DNA from: Raillietiella orientalis
Taxonomy: Eukaryota
Direction: 5' to 3'
Length of the DNA stretch: 64,000 nt
Assembly: GCA_036172245.1 (NCBI GenBank)
Contig: JAYWIR010000017.1
Span: 2,356,001 to 2,420,000 of the forward strand
Shown here: positions 12,100 through 25,799 of the stretch, piece after piece
Layout of the letters: every line of letters starts with the position of its first letter
How positions within the stretch are numbered: the stretch's first letter is position 1
Program-made: the position numbers and the translations under genes
The notes under the pieces: model-generated
Told to the model about the DNA's origin: nothing
The model's input: only the letters and a program-made list of their open reading frames with translations
Database searches by the model: none

Positions 12100-13700
12100 C
12101 CGTTCCATCCGAAAAAGAGTGGCGGGTGAGTCCTTTGGGAAGCGGCATCCTCAGTAGAGGAGAGAGAGGGCGGTGCTCCTTATCTCGGATCGCTTTAACC
12201 GATGCGTGCCTTCTGCGCTTCGCATCCACCCAAATCCTCAATTATGAGGCATCCGCGAAGTCAATAAAAGTCACCGTACGCGCGGGAAAAGATCAAGCAG
12301 CTTCTGGACCGAAGCACTTCGTCCCGTGTCACCTGCTCGCTCCCCCTCACAACAATCTTACATGTGTTGTGATGAAAGCGTAGCGAAATTGCACTTTACT
12401 GACTTCCAGAACGAATTCCAGCCTCCGAAGATCGTCCTGCTCTGCCTGAAATCAGGAGGGTTGTTGTAAAAAGAATCCCCCGTGTTCAGAAAATAAGGGA
12501 GAGGGGAGCAGGGCTTTCGGCAGCCGATGTGAGAATGCCTTTATAAGTTGAGCCGACCAGCACGACACCTTACGGCGGTGGTCCGTTAAAAGGATATAAA
12601 GTCAGAAGATTTTTTCAGCCTTTACTCTTGGGAAAAAGTACGCTCGATGGCACTGGAAGAGGAGAAAGAAAAAAAAAACAAGGAAACCCCGATCCTGATG
12701 AATTAAAATGCTGCACACGCGGAAGCTCATAAAGAAGAAGCCCTGCTCCAAACCAGCTCATCTAGTCCGCAAACGACTGTGAAAGATGAGAGTAAAAGTG
12801 GTCTGTTTCCTCTGAGTGCCTTCGCTGCTGGTAGGAACAGAGCGCCCCTGAAGAACGCTGTTAAAGTTCAGACGCAACGTAATTCTTCTGTTCAAAGAGA
12901 TCAGAGCACCTGTAATACCTTCAGGTCATTCGATTCCAGGCATTAGGCTAGATGGTAACAGTACCCTGGATGGCCATTAGCATTATGACTGTGAATGCAA
13001 ATCTGGATGCAGCAAAAGTAAAAGTGTTAAATTTGGCATCCAAGGAAAGGCACGCGCAGACTGAACTGCGTTGAGGAAGACCCTAGCGGACTATCGGCCT
13101 TGAATTTCGTCGAGAAAACAAGGAACGCGCTCTAGAACTTTCGGTGCTTAAGTGAGCCTGTTTTCGTGCAGGCGGTTCTTCTCCAAGTGTGGACACGTGG
13201 GCACGTGTTGGATGAAAGGAACAGTCAGGTAGGTTTGTTCTTCAAACGAAGGCGTCGTATTTGCGGAGCGTCTCTGGAGCTCTTCGCCCTCGATGAGAAC
13301 TCACCCGTGAGCTCGCGCGACCCGGAAGATGAGGAAAATCTTCTCTCTGGATGCCATGTTTCCAAGACGATTCTTGAAGACTTCAAGTGCTCCTAATCGC
13401 ATTCTCAAGTAAGAATTGAGGAAGTGAGGGTGCGAGGTGGTCAACAGCTATTTTAGTTGTCACATTTTTGGCTTGGCAAAAAGCCTAGTTGTCGTAGAAA
13501 CCTGAGTCACGTGACGTACTGGACGACAGAAGACTCATTGGGTCGCATCTGGAACAAGAAATGACATCCTCTTCAGTAGCAGATCCGACTACAAACCTTC
13601 TTCAGAATCGTGCATAATCAGGAGACAGACGAAGAACAGACTCCCGTTCGGCTGCCTATGGGAGGCAGGGAATTAAGTCGATGCATCTTAATGGATGCAT
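12100..13700 (+). mobile_element. Decayed L1-like ORF2 3' half (RT end, thumb, zinc knuckle)
   Basis: Collinear motifs: APYLGS, EKIKQ, SWEKV, PEDEENLLSGCHVSKTI (E..eHll..C..sk.iW), and frameshifted IW/xRNDILF. Confidence 0.5.
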
Positions 13701-13739
13701 CTTACCAACGCCCTTCTGCGTAAAAATGTGTTACCGAAT

Positions 13740-14450
13740 CATAAAGGATTCGTCAGGAAACGAATGGTGCTTTTTTGGTTTCCAGAAGTTGAGAAAATCG
13801 CAATCCGAATGAGGAAGAAGCTTTGATGATGACTCGACTTCCAAAGAAATACGATCAATGGACGTTTCATGTAGGCTTGCATGAGACATCGGAAAGTGGG
13901 AGTGTATTCAGATGCCATCCAAAACACCCAGAGAGGCCCCAATCTGTAAACGATCCGTAGGATGTATGCAAATGCACGAAGACTCTTCCTGAAAGTGGAT
14001 GAGCCTTCGTTCTGTCCCCTCCATTGGACCCTTCTAAGCATTAGAATGATTTCCTCAAACAGAATTCTTCATGTTCAACAAGCGGCAGCCAATTTCGAGG
14101 GCGTCTTCCGAGTTACCAGGTGTTTTTTCTGCTTTCTGGTTCCTCCAAGCGATCACAAGCTTGAGGAACCAGAAAGGGATTTCTCGGATCACAAACCATT
14201 TTCTTTGCTTTACAGCAGCCTTCAAGTGCTCTAAATTCCAGCATTTGTTTCCTGTTTATCCTTCTCTTTCTCTTCTTGATCTCTTCTTGAAAGTTTTGTG
14301 GACGAAATTTCCGAAAGCTAAGAAAACCATGTGCAACTTTCCGGAGGTTAGGGACCACGGGTTTCGCCTCCCTTTGGATCCACCGAAACGCACTCAGCGC
14401 AGTGAAGGCGGAGGTCATGGGAAAATAGCATCCGTTCATACCTTTGAAGA
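13740..14450 (-). mobile_element. Decayed L1-like ORF2 endonuclease-RT linker
   Basis: A basic, coiled segment KKRKRRINRKQMLEFRALE is followed by LRRVQWRGQNEGSSTF (RsR..W...Ge.ss.F). Confidence 0.4.
14132..14176. repeat. Inverted repeat (13+5-bp stem with one bulge, 8-nt loop)
   Basis: CTTTCTGGTTCCT-c-CAAGC-gatcacaa-GCTTG-AGGAACCAGAAAG. Confidence 0.9.
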
Positions 14451-15049
14451 TGATTCACTGCCTCTCTGGAGCAAAAGATCAAAAATTAAAATAAAGTGGA
14501 ATAAATAAATTCCATCGGAGCCGCGTTTCAGATGGTTCTCCTTTAGGAACACGCATAACCATCCACCACTTCTTTTACAATGCATGTGCTTTTCGGCTAT
14601 CGCCATTTCAATCCTTTCGTGATTTCTGGAAGCAACAACTCCAGGGAGACTGCAGCATTCTTCGAACAGAGCAGCAAGGCAAGCAAGATAAAAATGATTT
14701 GTTCTGTCTTTGTCCTGCTTGCACATCTGCGAGCGCCAGTGTGCAAGCAGGACAGTGTGCCGGTGTTCCCTATTCCGTTTTCCATTTCCTGTAAAGAGGA
14801 CATGTACCGAAAGGAGAACTCTGCGATCTAGGAGACACGTGTGAGGGACACCGGAAACTGTCTTGTAGTGTTGGCTTAAAGCCCTCGTTTGTTTCCTTTT
14901 AAATAAAAGCGAGAGTTTTACTCTTGCTTGACCCTTGCCACCTTAATTGCTACGTCGCGAAGGCATACTGCAGGTTCAATTGTGGCGTCATGGAAACAAG
15001 TCCTGATTAGATAAACGTGTTAAGAGGAATACGGCAACTCTCTTCGGGG

Positions 15050-15520
15050 TGACTCCAAAGGAGGACTTTCCGAACGGCATCACGCAGCTTCCCATCCTGG
15101 TAGCGAGCGGGTGTGCGCATCCCACCGTGGTCCACCTACCTGCATGCGAAAAGGCTTGCTCTCAGAGAACGCTCGCGTCTCCTGCCACTTTTGCGATGGG
15201 CCTGTCTGCTCGTCGCAAAAGTCGCGCCCGTAAGGAACGAGAAGGCTATTGAAAAGATCCTAAATCACCTCCTTCTTCCACAGCCCGAAAGGGAAAAAAG
15301 AAAAAAAAAAATGTGCAGCCCGAATCAATTTTGCGACTGGCCTTCAAGGGGGGTGACGCCGAAATAGGAAGCGCTCGATGGGTGTCGCTTTCGCTCGAGC
15401 ACTTTGCTGAGGTGACCGCCGGATTCCTCGCCTCGCGAGTCCTTCCACAAAGCGCCTGGGAAGTGACGAGTACATCTGAACTGGCGTTCCCATGGCTACC
15501 CTATCCTCTGGAGCTCACCA
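15050..15520 (+). mobile_element. Decayed L1/Tx1-like thumb fragment
   Basis: KRLALRERSRLL...KAIEKILNHLL...FCDWPSRG resembles W..r.Lsl.eR..l...k.ie....Fl...lc.p...GG. Confidence 0.45.
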
Positions 15521-16269
15521 ACAGCTATAAATAAAGAAAACGTGTTTTCTCATCTTTCGAATTTGCTTGGAGCTCACGGAGTACTCCCCTCGTACAGTGA
15601 GAATCGAACACTTTGTGTTCCCCGTTCTTCGCCTTCCTGGTGCAAGCAATTATGTTTGCTCTCACAGGATGAACCCACAGTTTCCCAAGGGATGATTCCC
15701 GGATCGGTCACAGGTCACCTACCTAACTTCAGTCGTAAAGAGTTGACGAGCCTCGTGAAGGGTCGAGGGATGCAGTGTGTAAAGGGAAGAGGTAGCACGA
15801 GAAGGAAGATTCTCTTCTAGTTTCCATCCCGACAGCATATTCCATGAGGAAACGTCGTTCAGGCAGCTCCCGAAATCATCAAGCAGGTCCTGCACTTGGA
15901 TGCATCCAGTCCGTGCCGCTGCAAACAGGCGAACCATTAGTCCATTTGTTTACTGTTCCTGCGCTCGCTTATTTCAGTCCAGGTGACCTTGACCTTGCAC
16001 GCCCTCCTGTCAATATCCTGGAAGAAGAAGTTTCCATGAAGCACGGATGGAAAAGTGCACCAAATAAATTAAGATTCCTTAACGTCTGCAAATGAAAAGC
16101 TTCTCCTCTTCTTCCCCCTTGAGATAATGAATGGTTCCGTGATGCAGGAATGAGCGAGCAAGCAGAGAGCAACGCCGAGCAGGACCAGGGCACGAAATTC
16201 AAATCCGACTGAATTTCAGGTTAAGACCCGTTCGCCCCGATGGCATCGTGCTCATCTGTGTGATCAGTC

Positions 16270-16880
16270 GCTAGAAGTGGGTAATCGCTGCAGGACACGC
16301 CGGTTGCCTGGAGTGTCGGCGCAATCACGGTGCTTTACCGAGAGAGAGCGGCACAGATGTTTTGGAGCAGTCGAAGGAATTCAAGAAAGGACGTCGGGTG
16401 CATCTTCAGGAGGAGTCTGCCTCCTATGTCGAAGCAGTGGCGAGCCATTTCCGTCGTGCTCGTCCCGAGGAAAGGGTAGGTTTTGGGTAAAGAAATCCGA
16501 TAGGTGAAGCGCCTGGAAAAGTGCATCGAATTGTGACCTCACGAACCCACTAAAAGGGGACATTCGCTCGTCAGAAGTAAGAAGAATGCTGGAGGAACCC
16601 AACTCCGTTCTCCATCGCTCTCCGAGAGTTGGTCTCCACGATACCGTCCTCTCCCGTCGCAGCTCGGTTTCCGTTTCCCGGTTCGCAAGACATGTGCGTC
16701 AATCATGTTCCGCGAAGTGAATTCCTCCGTGCTAACGAGAAGTCGATTTGCAAATAGGGAGACCGGAGGCAGATAATGGTCACCTTTTTGGCTCATGCAA
16801 TTTTTCCGGAGAGAAACCACGGTCACTCCAAGTTTCACCTCTTGCTAATTTTGGAAAGCTCATCCCGAAAAACGTAACTT
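16270..16880 (+). mobile_element. Decayed L1-like linker and RT N-terminus
   Basis: AQSRCFTERERHRCF, then LKGDIRSSEVRRML..SP, then *WSPFWLMQ (nWRPisLlN-like), in the expected order. Confidence 0.45.
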
Positions 16881-17099
16881 CCCCTTTGCTGAAGTCAGAT
16901 GCTAATGAAATACTAATTTGACCAAATCATTCATGTTGAAAATCATCATGTCTGAAAGAGAACAGCTGTATTCTGGAACGCCTGAGGAATCGCGGATTTC
17001 GTTGCGTGAAACTATCACGAGTGACATGCAGTCGTGAATTCAGGGTTCTCAATTATCATGCCATTGGCACAAGGGGCATGATAGGTCTTCTTAGATCCA

Positions 17100-18000
17100 A
17101 ATCCTTGTAATGCTTTTTCATAATAGGGTGAAGCTTGCGAGTAAACTCTGAAGGACCCACGATGCAGACAGATGTCATGTCGACTGGCGGAAGCTTATTT
17201 CAGAAGACTTCACTTTGCAAATACTTAATTATCAGTAGCTTTTGGTGTTTATTGATAGCAACGATGTCACCGAGCAATGTCAACAAAGGCAGGATCTTAC
17301 GCCCGGCAAAGTATCAGTCTTCCAAGTTGTCAAGTATCAATCTTCGGAGCCAATTAGGAGACTCAGCTCTGTCAGCCGAAGTTGACGACATCTGCAGCTA
17401 AAGGGTTTTCGCGAACTCTCCGGCAACTCGAGATTCTCGTGAACATTTTCAGCACGGAACGATTTCTCCTTGGCTTCCCTCTCCGTTTGCATCTGCTCCA
17501 GCAGCCGCCTTCTCTTGATTCTTACTTGGATTATAATCCTAAGATCAGTTTAGACTGGTCTAAATTTCAGATGGGGAGAATTTTTCTGACATCTTTACCA
17601 TCTTAGCACTGAAGCATTTGCTTTTGCTTCATCTCTCTGCTGTTGGCTGTCGAGTGGACGAATACGATCTGTGTTTCCAAGTTGAGGACATCATGCTTCT
17701 CAGGGAGGGGAGTTTCATTGCTTCGGAGGGGAGAGCTACATCCTCGCTCAAAAATGCTATGTGACAATGATGCGGGTCGCTTGGTTTGTTCTTGTTCCCA
17801 TAAGTGGTTCTTAATCTAGGACAGCGTTCATGTCTTTGCTCATACCTTTGTCGACAACTCAAGACCTCTACACCGAAAGAATTTCTTCTGGAGTTCAGTG
17901 TTAAAAGAGTTTGACTTTGCACCCGAGGAGGATGAGATTACAAGGTGACGTAAGATTCTTCTCATCTTCAGGCTCCACGGATGTGGGGAAGAAAAAAGCT
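17100..18000 (-). mobile_element. Decayed non-LTR RT (clade uncertain, RTE/L2-like)
   Basis: Collinear GNKNKPSDPHHCHIAFLS, REGGCWSRCKRRGKP..LKMF..RVR, SPNWLRRLILDNLED and ILPLLTLLGDIV (ADDiv-like). Confidence 0.45.
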
Positions 18001-19409
18001 CGTGCCATGCTGTTAACCGGAGGAGCAAAAAAAACAAAACAAAAGGAAAACAAAAAATTGAAATTTCATCAGAGATCTTTCACAATCCAAGTTTGCATGC
18101 GCGCGTGGCTTTCCAATCCGCTTTGTGGATGGGAACTGCACAAAAGAGATGCCAGTAGGAACTCTTGCAAGAGTCTTTCTAAATTTCATTTTTCATCCTC
18201 AGTCACTGTCGCACCAGTTATCGACACTAATCAGCAGACGGCCTGTTTCGAAATTTCCCGCATAGGTCTTATTGCTCCCTCAAAGTAATGATTCCCATCC
18301 TTGGAATCTCTTCGGATGCAGTTAGCCTTGCGCATGCAAGCATCAGAAGCCTAAGTGCATTTTTTTTTTTTTTTTTTCTCACTTGAGCAAAAGAACATTG
18401 AGAGCAAAAGAATGTCTTCGTTTACCATCAATGTTCCGATCAATTGCGCACTTTTTCCTCTTTCTCTCTCTGTCTTTCTCCAATCACGGACTTTGTTACT
18501 TGGCTGATGAGCGATTATCTTTGTGGAGCATTTATTATCTCCGGCCATACGTTTCTGGTATTTGCGAACTCCTCGAGGACAGAAACAAAAACCCTTTGCG
18601 ACAAAAACGTCTTGGTTTCATGATCCTGGCTTCTGACAGCAAAAATTCTTCCTGATTCAAAATATCTAGTTTCGAAAGCACGCCAAGCATTGGTATAAAT
18701 AGGGAATGGGGGAATGTTCTCAAGATGCAGTAGACATCTGCATGCTCACGTTCCACGTTGTACGAATCAGCGCCATACGAGCCCTATGGGTCATCCATGG
18801 ATACTTTGGTAGTATCCGTAAAAGATAAAAATCGAATCTTGTCCGTTATAGCAGTAGAGTATTTATTACTTCACTCTAAAGCAAAAATAGAAAGCTGAAA
18901 GCGCTTATTCACTATTCAAAAAGCTTTTCTTGTCTCGCTGATTTTGGATCGATTTGCACGAGCCTTTATCTTCAGCGTTTTCGATGGTCGGAAAACGCAC
19001 CTTCTTGTGCTATTTTCATTGCAAAGATCGGGATGAAATGGAACTTGACCTACTTGAGTCATGTGTGCGTGTTCTTGGAAGCAGCTAGGCTGCTGACACG
19101 ATACCACACAAAATAAAAAACTGACACATGGCGTCCTATGGGGATGATCCACCGCGTTTTTTACACGGGGACTGCTGTCGGTTTTTCGTCGCGTTGTACG
19201 GATCCGCATTTTACTGGGACCCACCCGATTATATTAACATTATCTATGGGTTCCGACGATTAATACAAGGGAGTGATGACGTACATTAAGACATATGTGA
19301 AAATGAAAGCAGTAATGACCACATTATCAGAACAAGCATGAACTATAAGTGAAGGTACAAAAAGTTCTTTAGGAAGAATGTTCCAAAATGGAGAATAAAT
19401 CGGTTCCGA

Positions 19410-19600
19410 ATGAAGCTACTTGCCCCTGGAATTGACGGCGCATCCCAGATCCCCATATTCATTGTGACGGCCTTAATTGAGGATGGAAGTTCCTGGAAGG
19501 TCACCCATGGCTGTCCTTACGCGCCTTCCAGCCCAAGTCTTAACCTTACTCTTTTTATGGAAAGTCACCGAGTTCCTGTCCATCCATCATCCTTTTAATT
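19410..19600 (+). mobile_element. Possible APE endonuclease relic of a LINE
   Basis: FIVTALIEDGSSWKVTHGCPYAPSS resembles the vYAP motif region. Only this one motif is seen. Confidence 0.3.
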
Positions 19601-21420
19601 TCAGTAGATCGATTCGCTTCTTCCTAAAAGGTTGAAGAAGCATGATGGATTCAGATGGAGGAAGCTGCACAAAAGGACTTTGTGGACTTGTCAAATGAAG
19701 AGTCATCCCTACTTCTTCCTCAAACTTCCTTGTGCAAGGAAAGAATGCACACTGAGACACTGTTACCAAAAAAGAAAAATCACAAAGATTTCGTTCTTTT
19801 TTTTTTTTTTTTGAAACAAACAAACAAACAGACAAACTCTCATGAGTCTCTCTCTGGGATTTTTCCAAAATTTTCGATATCATGGCATTTTCCAAAGGAA
19901 AGTCGTCCCTCAGCATCGGCCATCGCAGAACGCGTGACATGCGGATGGTCTTGGGAGGCCAGCAAGTAGTGATGAAGATATTGTGAGGAAATGTCAGTTC
20001 GCCACAACTCGCCTGCAGAGCTATCTGTCTTTTTCTTGCATGCATACCTGCAGGAATGTTTATATCTCTCGTTCAGGATGACTTTTCTGCGAACCTTGTA
20101 TGCCGATCGCAGAAGGAGACCCATCCTCTAGGATTCCCTATTCAGAAATGTGATGGCGTCTGTTCTTGCTGCTTGTTTCCGCCTTCATGCTTTCATCTTC
20201 CAGATCTTCTGTACAATTCTGAAGCATTCTTCGAGTGATCCCGCGGCTCTGGCTCCAGCGGTGAAACAGAGATCGCGTGTTTCTGAATATCCATTCGAAC
20301 GGTCTGCCTAGAAAGTGATGAGAAAACCTCAACCAAGAAGAACTCTAATCTTCTGGCATCTATCAGTGTTTCATCGCATTTTCTAAACTTTCCGAGGACT
20401 CTGGCGTCATTCTATCAACAGCCGCGATGAATTTCGTATGAAGTAAGGCACCTCTAAGGACCTAAAAAAAAGGAAAAAAAAAACCCGGGCCATCTAATCT
20501 TCCCGTTCTCGTGAAGAATTCGTGAAGAAAATACCACATGTCGTCTTCGCTTAGCAACAGACTGCATCGCTACCCTCGATGGGTACATAACGTACATTCC
20601 CTGCTCATTCCAATCAGATCAGAGAGAAGCATTTCTGTTCACTAAACGACGATGCCTTTCCCTCCGAAATTTCCAGAGTTTCTGAATGATCTCTTTGGGT
20701 TTCAAATGCAACCCTTAAGGTTGACAAGAAGGAGGGTACTTTGCTCTGTGCAAGCAGAACAGCATTCTTTTGATCCCCTCTTCATAAATTTACTATGCTA
20801 TCATTTTTTGAAAGCATCATCTTTGCTTAAGAATGACATGGGTCACATTGAAATTTTTTATTTTGTGCTTCGATGGCATAATTGACATCTAGCCATGTAG
20901 ATAAAGTTCTCTCTCTCTCTCTTTCTCTCGAGATAAGATTTTACGGTCCTCTCCTGTTTCGAGTTTATAGTTTACAACCCTTTTTTGCATGGTTGGTTTT
21001 GGCTGGGAGGAGTTTTTTCTGCATCGATATGATTACGTATCCTCCGCCTTCGTTGTCAATAAAGAATTCATTTCTGAGTGTTTTTTTTTTTTTTTTTGGT
21101 AAATTAGGCCCAAAATGAAGATGAAGAGATAGAGCTGCAAAGCAAGGCGATCTGACCATTGACGTTCTCCCGACTGCCGTTTCTAAGGATACCTGCAGTC
21201 ATGCATGCATCGCCTTGGTGGGCTCGTCATTTTTTTGAAAGCTGCCTCCCTTTTCCTGAAGAACGCTCATGGGCATCGAAATGTAGGATATCAGAAACGT
21301 ATGGCAATCCGTAGGGTGCTAGTCCGAATCGAAACACAATCCAATCCAAGCTTTCAATCGAAAGTGGACTCGATCCAAGTCCAGCGCGGTGGACCTCTCC
21401 CGTATGACGCGATGAAAAAA

Positions 21421-21832
21421 ACGGAGGCAGGCTTCGTATAACGCGGTGAACCAGTCCGGTACGGCGCCGTGCATCCATTTTTATTCTGTGGCATTGCACG
21501 ACCTCAGCTGTTTCCAAGAACACGAACACATGAGCTGAGTAGGTTGAATTCCTTCCCATTCGAATTTTCGGGAATAAAATAGCACAGGAAGATGCACCTT
21601 TCGACAGCGGGATACGGCAGGGCACAAACTTATTTTCGTCGATTCAGTATCAACTTTTCTTATACTACAAATTAAGTAACGAATAAACACTTTTAATTTT
21701 TGCTTTATAACGAAGCAATACGTACCATGTTTGAGATGCATCTTCTATTTTTGATAAATACCAGCATATAATTCATGCATGATCGATGGGATCGTATAAC
21801 GCGAGCGCATCCGCGTTATACAGGGTGCACTA
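21421..21832. mobile_element. pogo/Tigger-like MITE (degenerate TIRs)
   Basis: Left CGTATAACGCGG at ~21436. Right end CGTATAACGCG-agcgcatc-CGCGTTATACAGGGTGCACTA followed by TA. The interior is AT-rich. A related end TA-CAGTAGG...CCGCGTTATACG occurs at 28930. Confidence 0.45.
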
Positions 21833-22499
21833 TACTTTTAAAATGAAGATGAACTGTTTAAAACTGGAAATTCATACTTGCATATAATTAAAAAGAAAAT
21901 TAAGTGAACACTTCTCGATACTTCTTTTGTTGAAGGTGTACCTTACCGTAGTGTCGTTAACTTGATAACTAACTAATTCGGGATCTCGAACGCCTTGCAG
22001 ATTTAGTAACGACTAAAGAACGCGGGGTCATCTCCAAACTGTTCAAGCATCAGAGTTGTGTGTGTGGGGTCAGTAGCCCTTGGTTCCTCGCGCTAGGCAT
22101 CCGGGTAGTTCGATAACCCAATCTCAAAAACAGACCCCTCGATGGAATTCCTAATTCTGTACCAATAAGCTTGCCGTACCAATGAGCGCTCCGTGCACTT
22201 ACGTGTGGAGGTTTCATGGTGCACTGAGCATTCCGGAAACTGGAAGCCATCTTGAAAGGAACCCTCTCGGCTTCTCGGAAACTAGGCGTCTGCTGAGCCG
22301 ATCTGTCTTTGCACGAGGGAAAGAGGTGCAGCTTTCATTCAAATCTGCTTTGCCTCATCCGTGTCCCGAGATGGTGGAAACTAGGAAAAGGAACTCCGCA
22401 AACCGTGGTGCGTCTGGAGGAAATTTTCATCTGGCGCGATCTCTTGATGCAGTCACCTGCTCTGGATTCAACTGCTTTCCATCGTTTACTCTCGTGCAA

Positions 22500-23300
22500 C
22501 AGCTGCTATCAGTTTCTTCGGCGATAAACAAAACACGTCAGGAGAGAGGGAGGCAGAGATTCACTTTCACTTTTCGCTTTCACTTACGAGACAAAGCCAC
22601 CCGACTGCATGCCAATTTTGCCTTCTGCTCCCATGAAGTAAACAGACTCAGCAGCTCAGCTTTCCAGGAAGCCTGGAGATCGAGTCCGACAGAAATGTGC
22701 AGACCGCCTCCACAGCAGCAAATAATCATCAGTGCAATCAGTCTGATTTGTTGAGGTTGCAAGCATGCTGTTTGGTCTTCTGATCCTACCTTTATTTATT
22801 CGATTTGCAGAACTCCATAAACCTCTAGGGCTGAATGCTCCAATAATTACAATCCTTCAGGTTTCTGGTTCTTCTGAGCCCCATGAATGAGACTCCATTC
22901 CAGTTCCGTTCCTCTTCCTCTGCAGACTTTTTTTCACACTGATTTGCCATCCACGGCATAGCGTTTTTATCTTACAAAGGGATCCACATGACTAGAGTAG
23001 TCGAGAATTCTGAGTTGACCTTGTTTTCTAGAATACTGATCTCATTTCCGTGACCCTTAAGCGTCAAGTCTGTCTTCTACACTATAGAATGCCGAAAAAA
23101 AAGACCACCATGCGAACGAAAGGAATTTGTCTGATTTTTCGCTTGCTCCTGAATGCTTCTGACCTCTTGCCTTTCAGGAAGCTTTTAAGAAAAGTGAATC
23201 TTGTTTCACTTTCTTTCTGTAGCATTTCACGGAAAGATATTATTATTGCCTCATTGCTTCCTTGGTGCTTAGTTAGCTCTCGCTAATTTGACAGCATTGA
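22500..23300 (-). mobile_element. Decayed L1-like thumb fragment
   Basis: WNGVSFMG followed by RLIALMIICCCGGGLHISVGLDL (iaW..iC...GGL.i.dL). Confidence 0.4.
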
Positions 23301-23649
23301 GTGCTTTTGTGTGATTTCTTATCATCTCTGGAGAGAGATCCACAGCTTTGGAATACTTTCACCTTTTTTTTTTTTTATCCGACTCGTTTGCCAATAATTC
23401 TGGAAACGTCCTTGCGGGTGCCCAAGAAATATCTCGCGTATGTGTGACTGGACGGATTCCGATATCCGAACTGCTAATGTTGCCGGAAGAATTTCCCATG
23501 TTTACAAAACAGGGATATAAATAATTCAACTTAATCCATGGTCCATCGTGAGGTCGTTCCCACCCACCCCCCCTCCCAAGGGCGCACCTCGGTTTCTCCT
23601 GTCTGCTGGACGCTGCGCATTTTTCTCTCGCCATTGGTTTTTAATTGCT

Positions 23650-25080
23650 ACGAAAGTGTTGTAATCGGATCATTGGATTTGAATCTCATTTGCGCACGTC
23701 CACCTACGACATTTCGTGCACTACGCTCCTGCGTTTCAACCGCTTTATCCTTTACGGTCACTGAGGCCGGCGCGTAGCCTGGTTTACACCATACGGGGAC
23801 TTCTGCTGACGTGATTTTCAACTCCGTATTTGAGCTTCGAGATGAATTTCTGCCGTGCAGAGTTCGCCCCTTGGTTTGGGAGATGACTTGCTTCGAGATG
23901 TATCGGAAGATCGTTTGCGCCTCTGAGATTCTCTGCAGGACTGCAGTCTGTTTGATCCGGAAAGTTGCCCCTTTCTCGGCGTTCCCACAGACTGAGTGTT
24001 TTGATCTCCATGGAATTCTGCGACCCTTGCGTTTTCGGAGAAGCGGCTCTGAGCATGCGTTACGGGCTTCGAAGGCGAAAGTGATGGAAAATGGAATCTC
24101 CATCAGCAAGCAACCGCCGAAAGAATCGTACGAGTTCTCTCTCGACTGACTCTTCAAGGAAGATTCGTGTTCGGAAAGATGCGGTACCGAATGAACAACC
24201 AGTAATCTGAAATACCGATAGATAGTTCTCGTGAGTATGGTGAGTCAGAGAGGTAGCAGGGAAGTGGAAGAGCTTTTTTTCTCCCTTTTTAGCAAGAGAA
24301 TGTAAGACAATAGAGAAGACGTACACAGTTTTCATTGGAAAAGAAGAGTGCTCGTGCATCCAGAGATTCAGGAAAGTGCAGCACAGCATCCAATTAAAAT
24401 TCAGTTGAAATCCTGGGTTCCCCAGAACAGAAGCAATTAGAGTGAGGCATCAGAGAAGGCAAAGACAATATCAATGGAAGGGGAAGAGTTTCTTAAAAAA
24501 CTGTTCCTGTTCCTGTCTCGTTCACGTCTACAAAGGGAGAACAGCGGATTCAGAAAGTCTTTGAGTACTAAATTTCCAAAGAGCCTTGTTCTCCTCGAAA
24601 GCGGTGAACAAGATGTAAACAAATTAATCCATACGGTAACTGCAACAAGAGGCACATTTCTAAAATATTTACCCTCATTTCTCCTGGATGGTTAAAAGCT
24701 AAATCCAATCCTGGCTCGGAAGTTCGAGCAAATAAATCCCGCCTTGTTGTTCTGCACAAAATGGCAAACTGCAACTCAGATAGTGAGACCTTCTTATCCG
24801 TTGGCATGGAAACTTCACAGTGCAAGAAATCGTATCCAAATCCCTTCCTTTCTCTTGAATACCTAGCCGGACTATTTCAAATCGTTGCTCCCTTTCCTGT
24901 CAACGTCCATTACTTTTCTTCCATAAGATTCAGCTTTGGCAGGTCCTTACCATCGACATCTTTGGCTGGTTTCTTGGAAATTAAAGAAGAGATGAATCGG
25001 AGAAAACTTTGGTGTGTTCAGCAAACATGTTTTCCCCAATATGTCGATTCTTCTACAAAACTTTTTCTTTAAATGTCTAC
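23650..25080 (-). mobile_element. Decayed L1-like RT and thumb
   Basis: Collinear SLISKKPAKDVDGKDLPKLNL, SQDWI*LLTIQEK*G, VTVWINLFTSCSPLSRRTRL, NYLSV and RIPWRSKHSVCGNAEKG. Confidence 0.6.
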
Positions 25081-25799
25081 GGAGTGATTCTATAGATGAG
25101 GACTAATTCAAGGAGAACTTGCTAGATAGGTCGTTACCTTGGTACATTCAAATTTACTGAATGTTTCTCCTCTGTCATCCAAAACTTTAACACTCATCAC
25201 TGCGGAAACCAACACACACTGCGATCGCAGGAACCAGCTTTCCAAATTCGAACACCGTTTAGAACGTGAAAACCATTTCATGGAACTATCTGCTTGTTTC
25301 TTTTTTTTTTTTTTTTTTAAATATAAATTTGCTGCTTCCTTTTAGATTTTAGATCTCAATTGAAAGAGCGCGACGAACATCAGAGAAAACAAATGCCGTG
25401 AAAATTCCTCAACTGATGGAGATCTTGTTGTCGTCACTTTGGTTGCAGTGGAAGGGAAAGCGACTCGACGTAATTGGTTTCTAAGGATTTTTAGAGGACT
25501 TGATTTTTCACGCCTGTATGCGTGAACGCTGATTTTTTCCCATTCCTGGTAGCAACATCTGAAGGAAATGAAAGAAATAAATGCTGCTTCTAGATATTCC
25601 AAGGTACAAAGGATGCTGCCGTTTCCAACAGTCCAAAATTTACATATAAAAAAAAAAGAATGTATTGAAATCAGCATACGAGTGGCACAATACACGAAGT
25701 ACAAATGAAACTCTCTAAACTGAATCCAGCACAAATTTATGGACGCTCTCCTGATTTGGAACATTCCATTCTCACATCCTCTACGTAGTCTCTCTTCTG

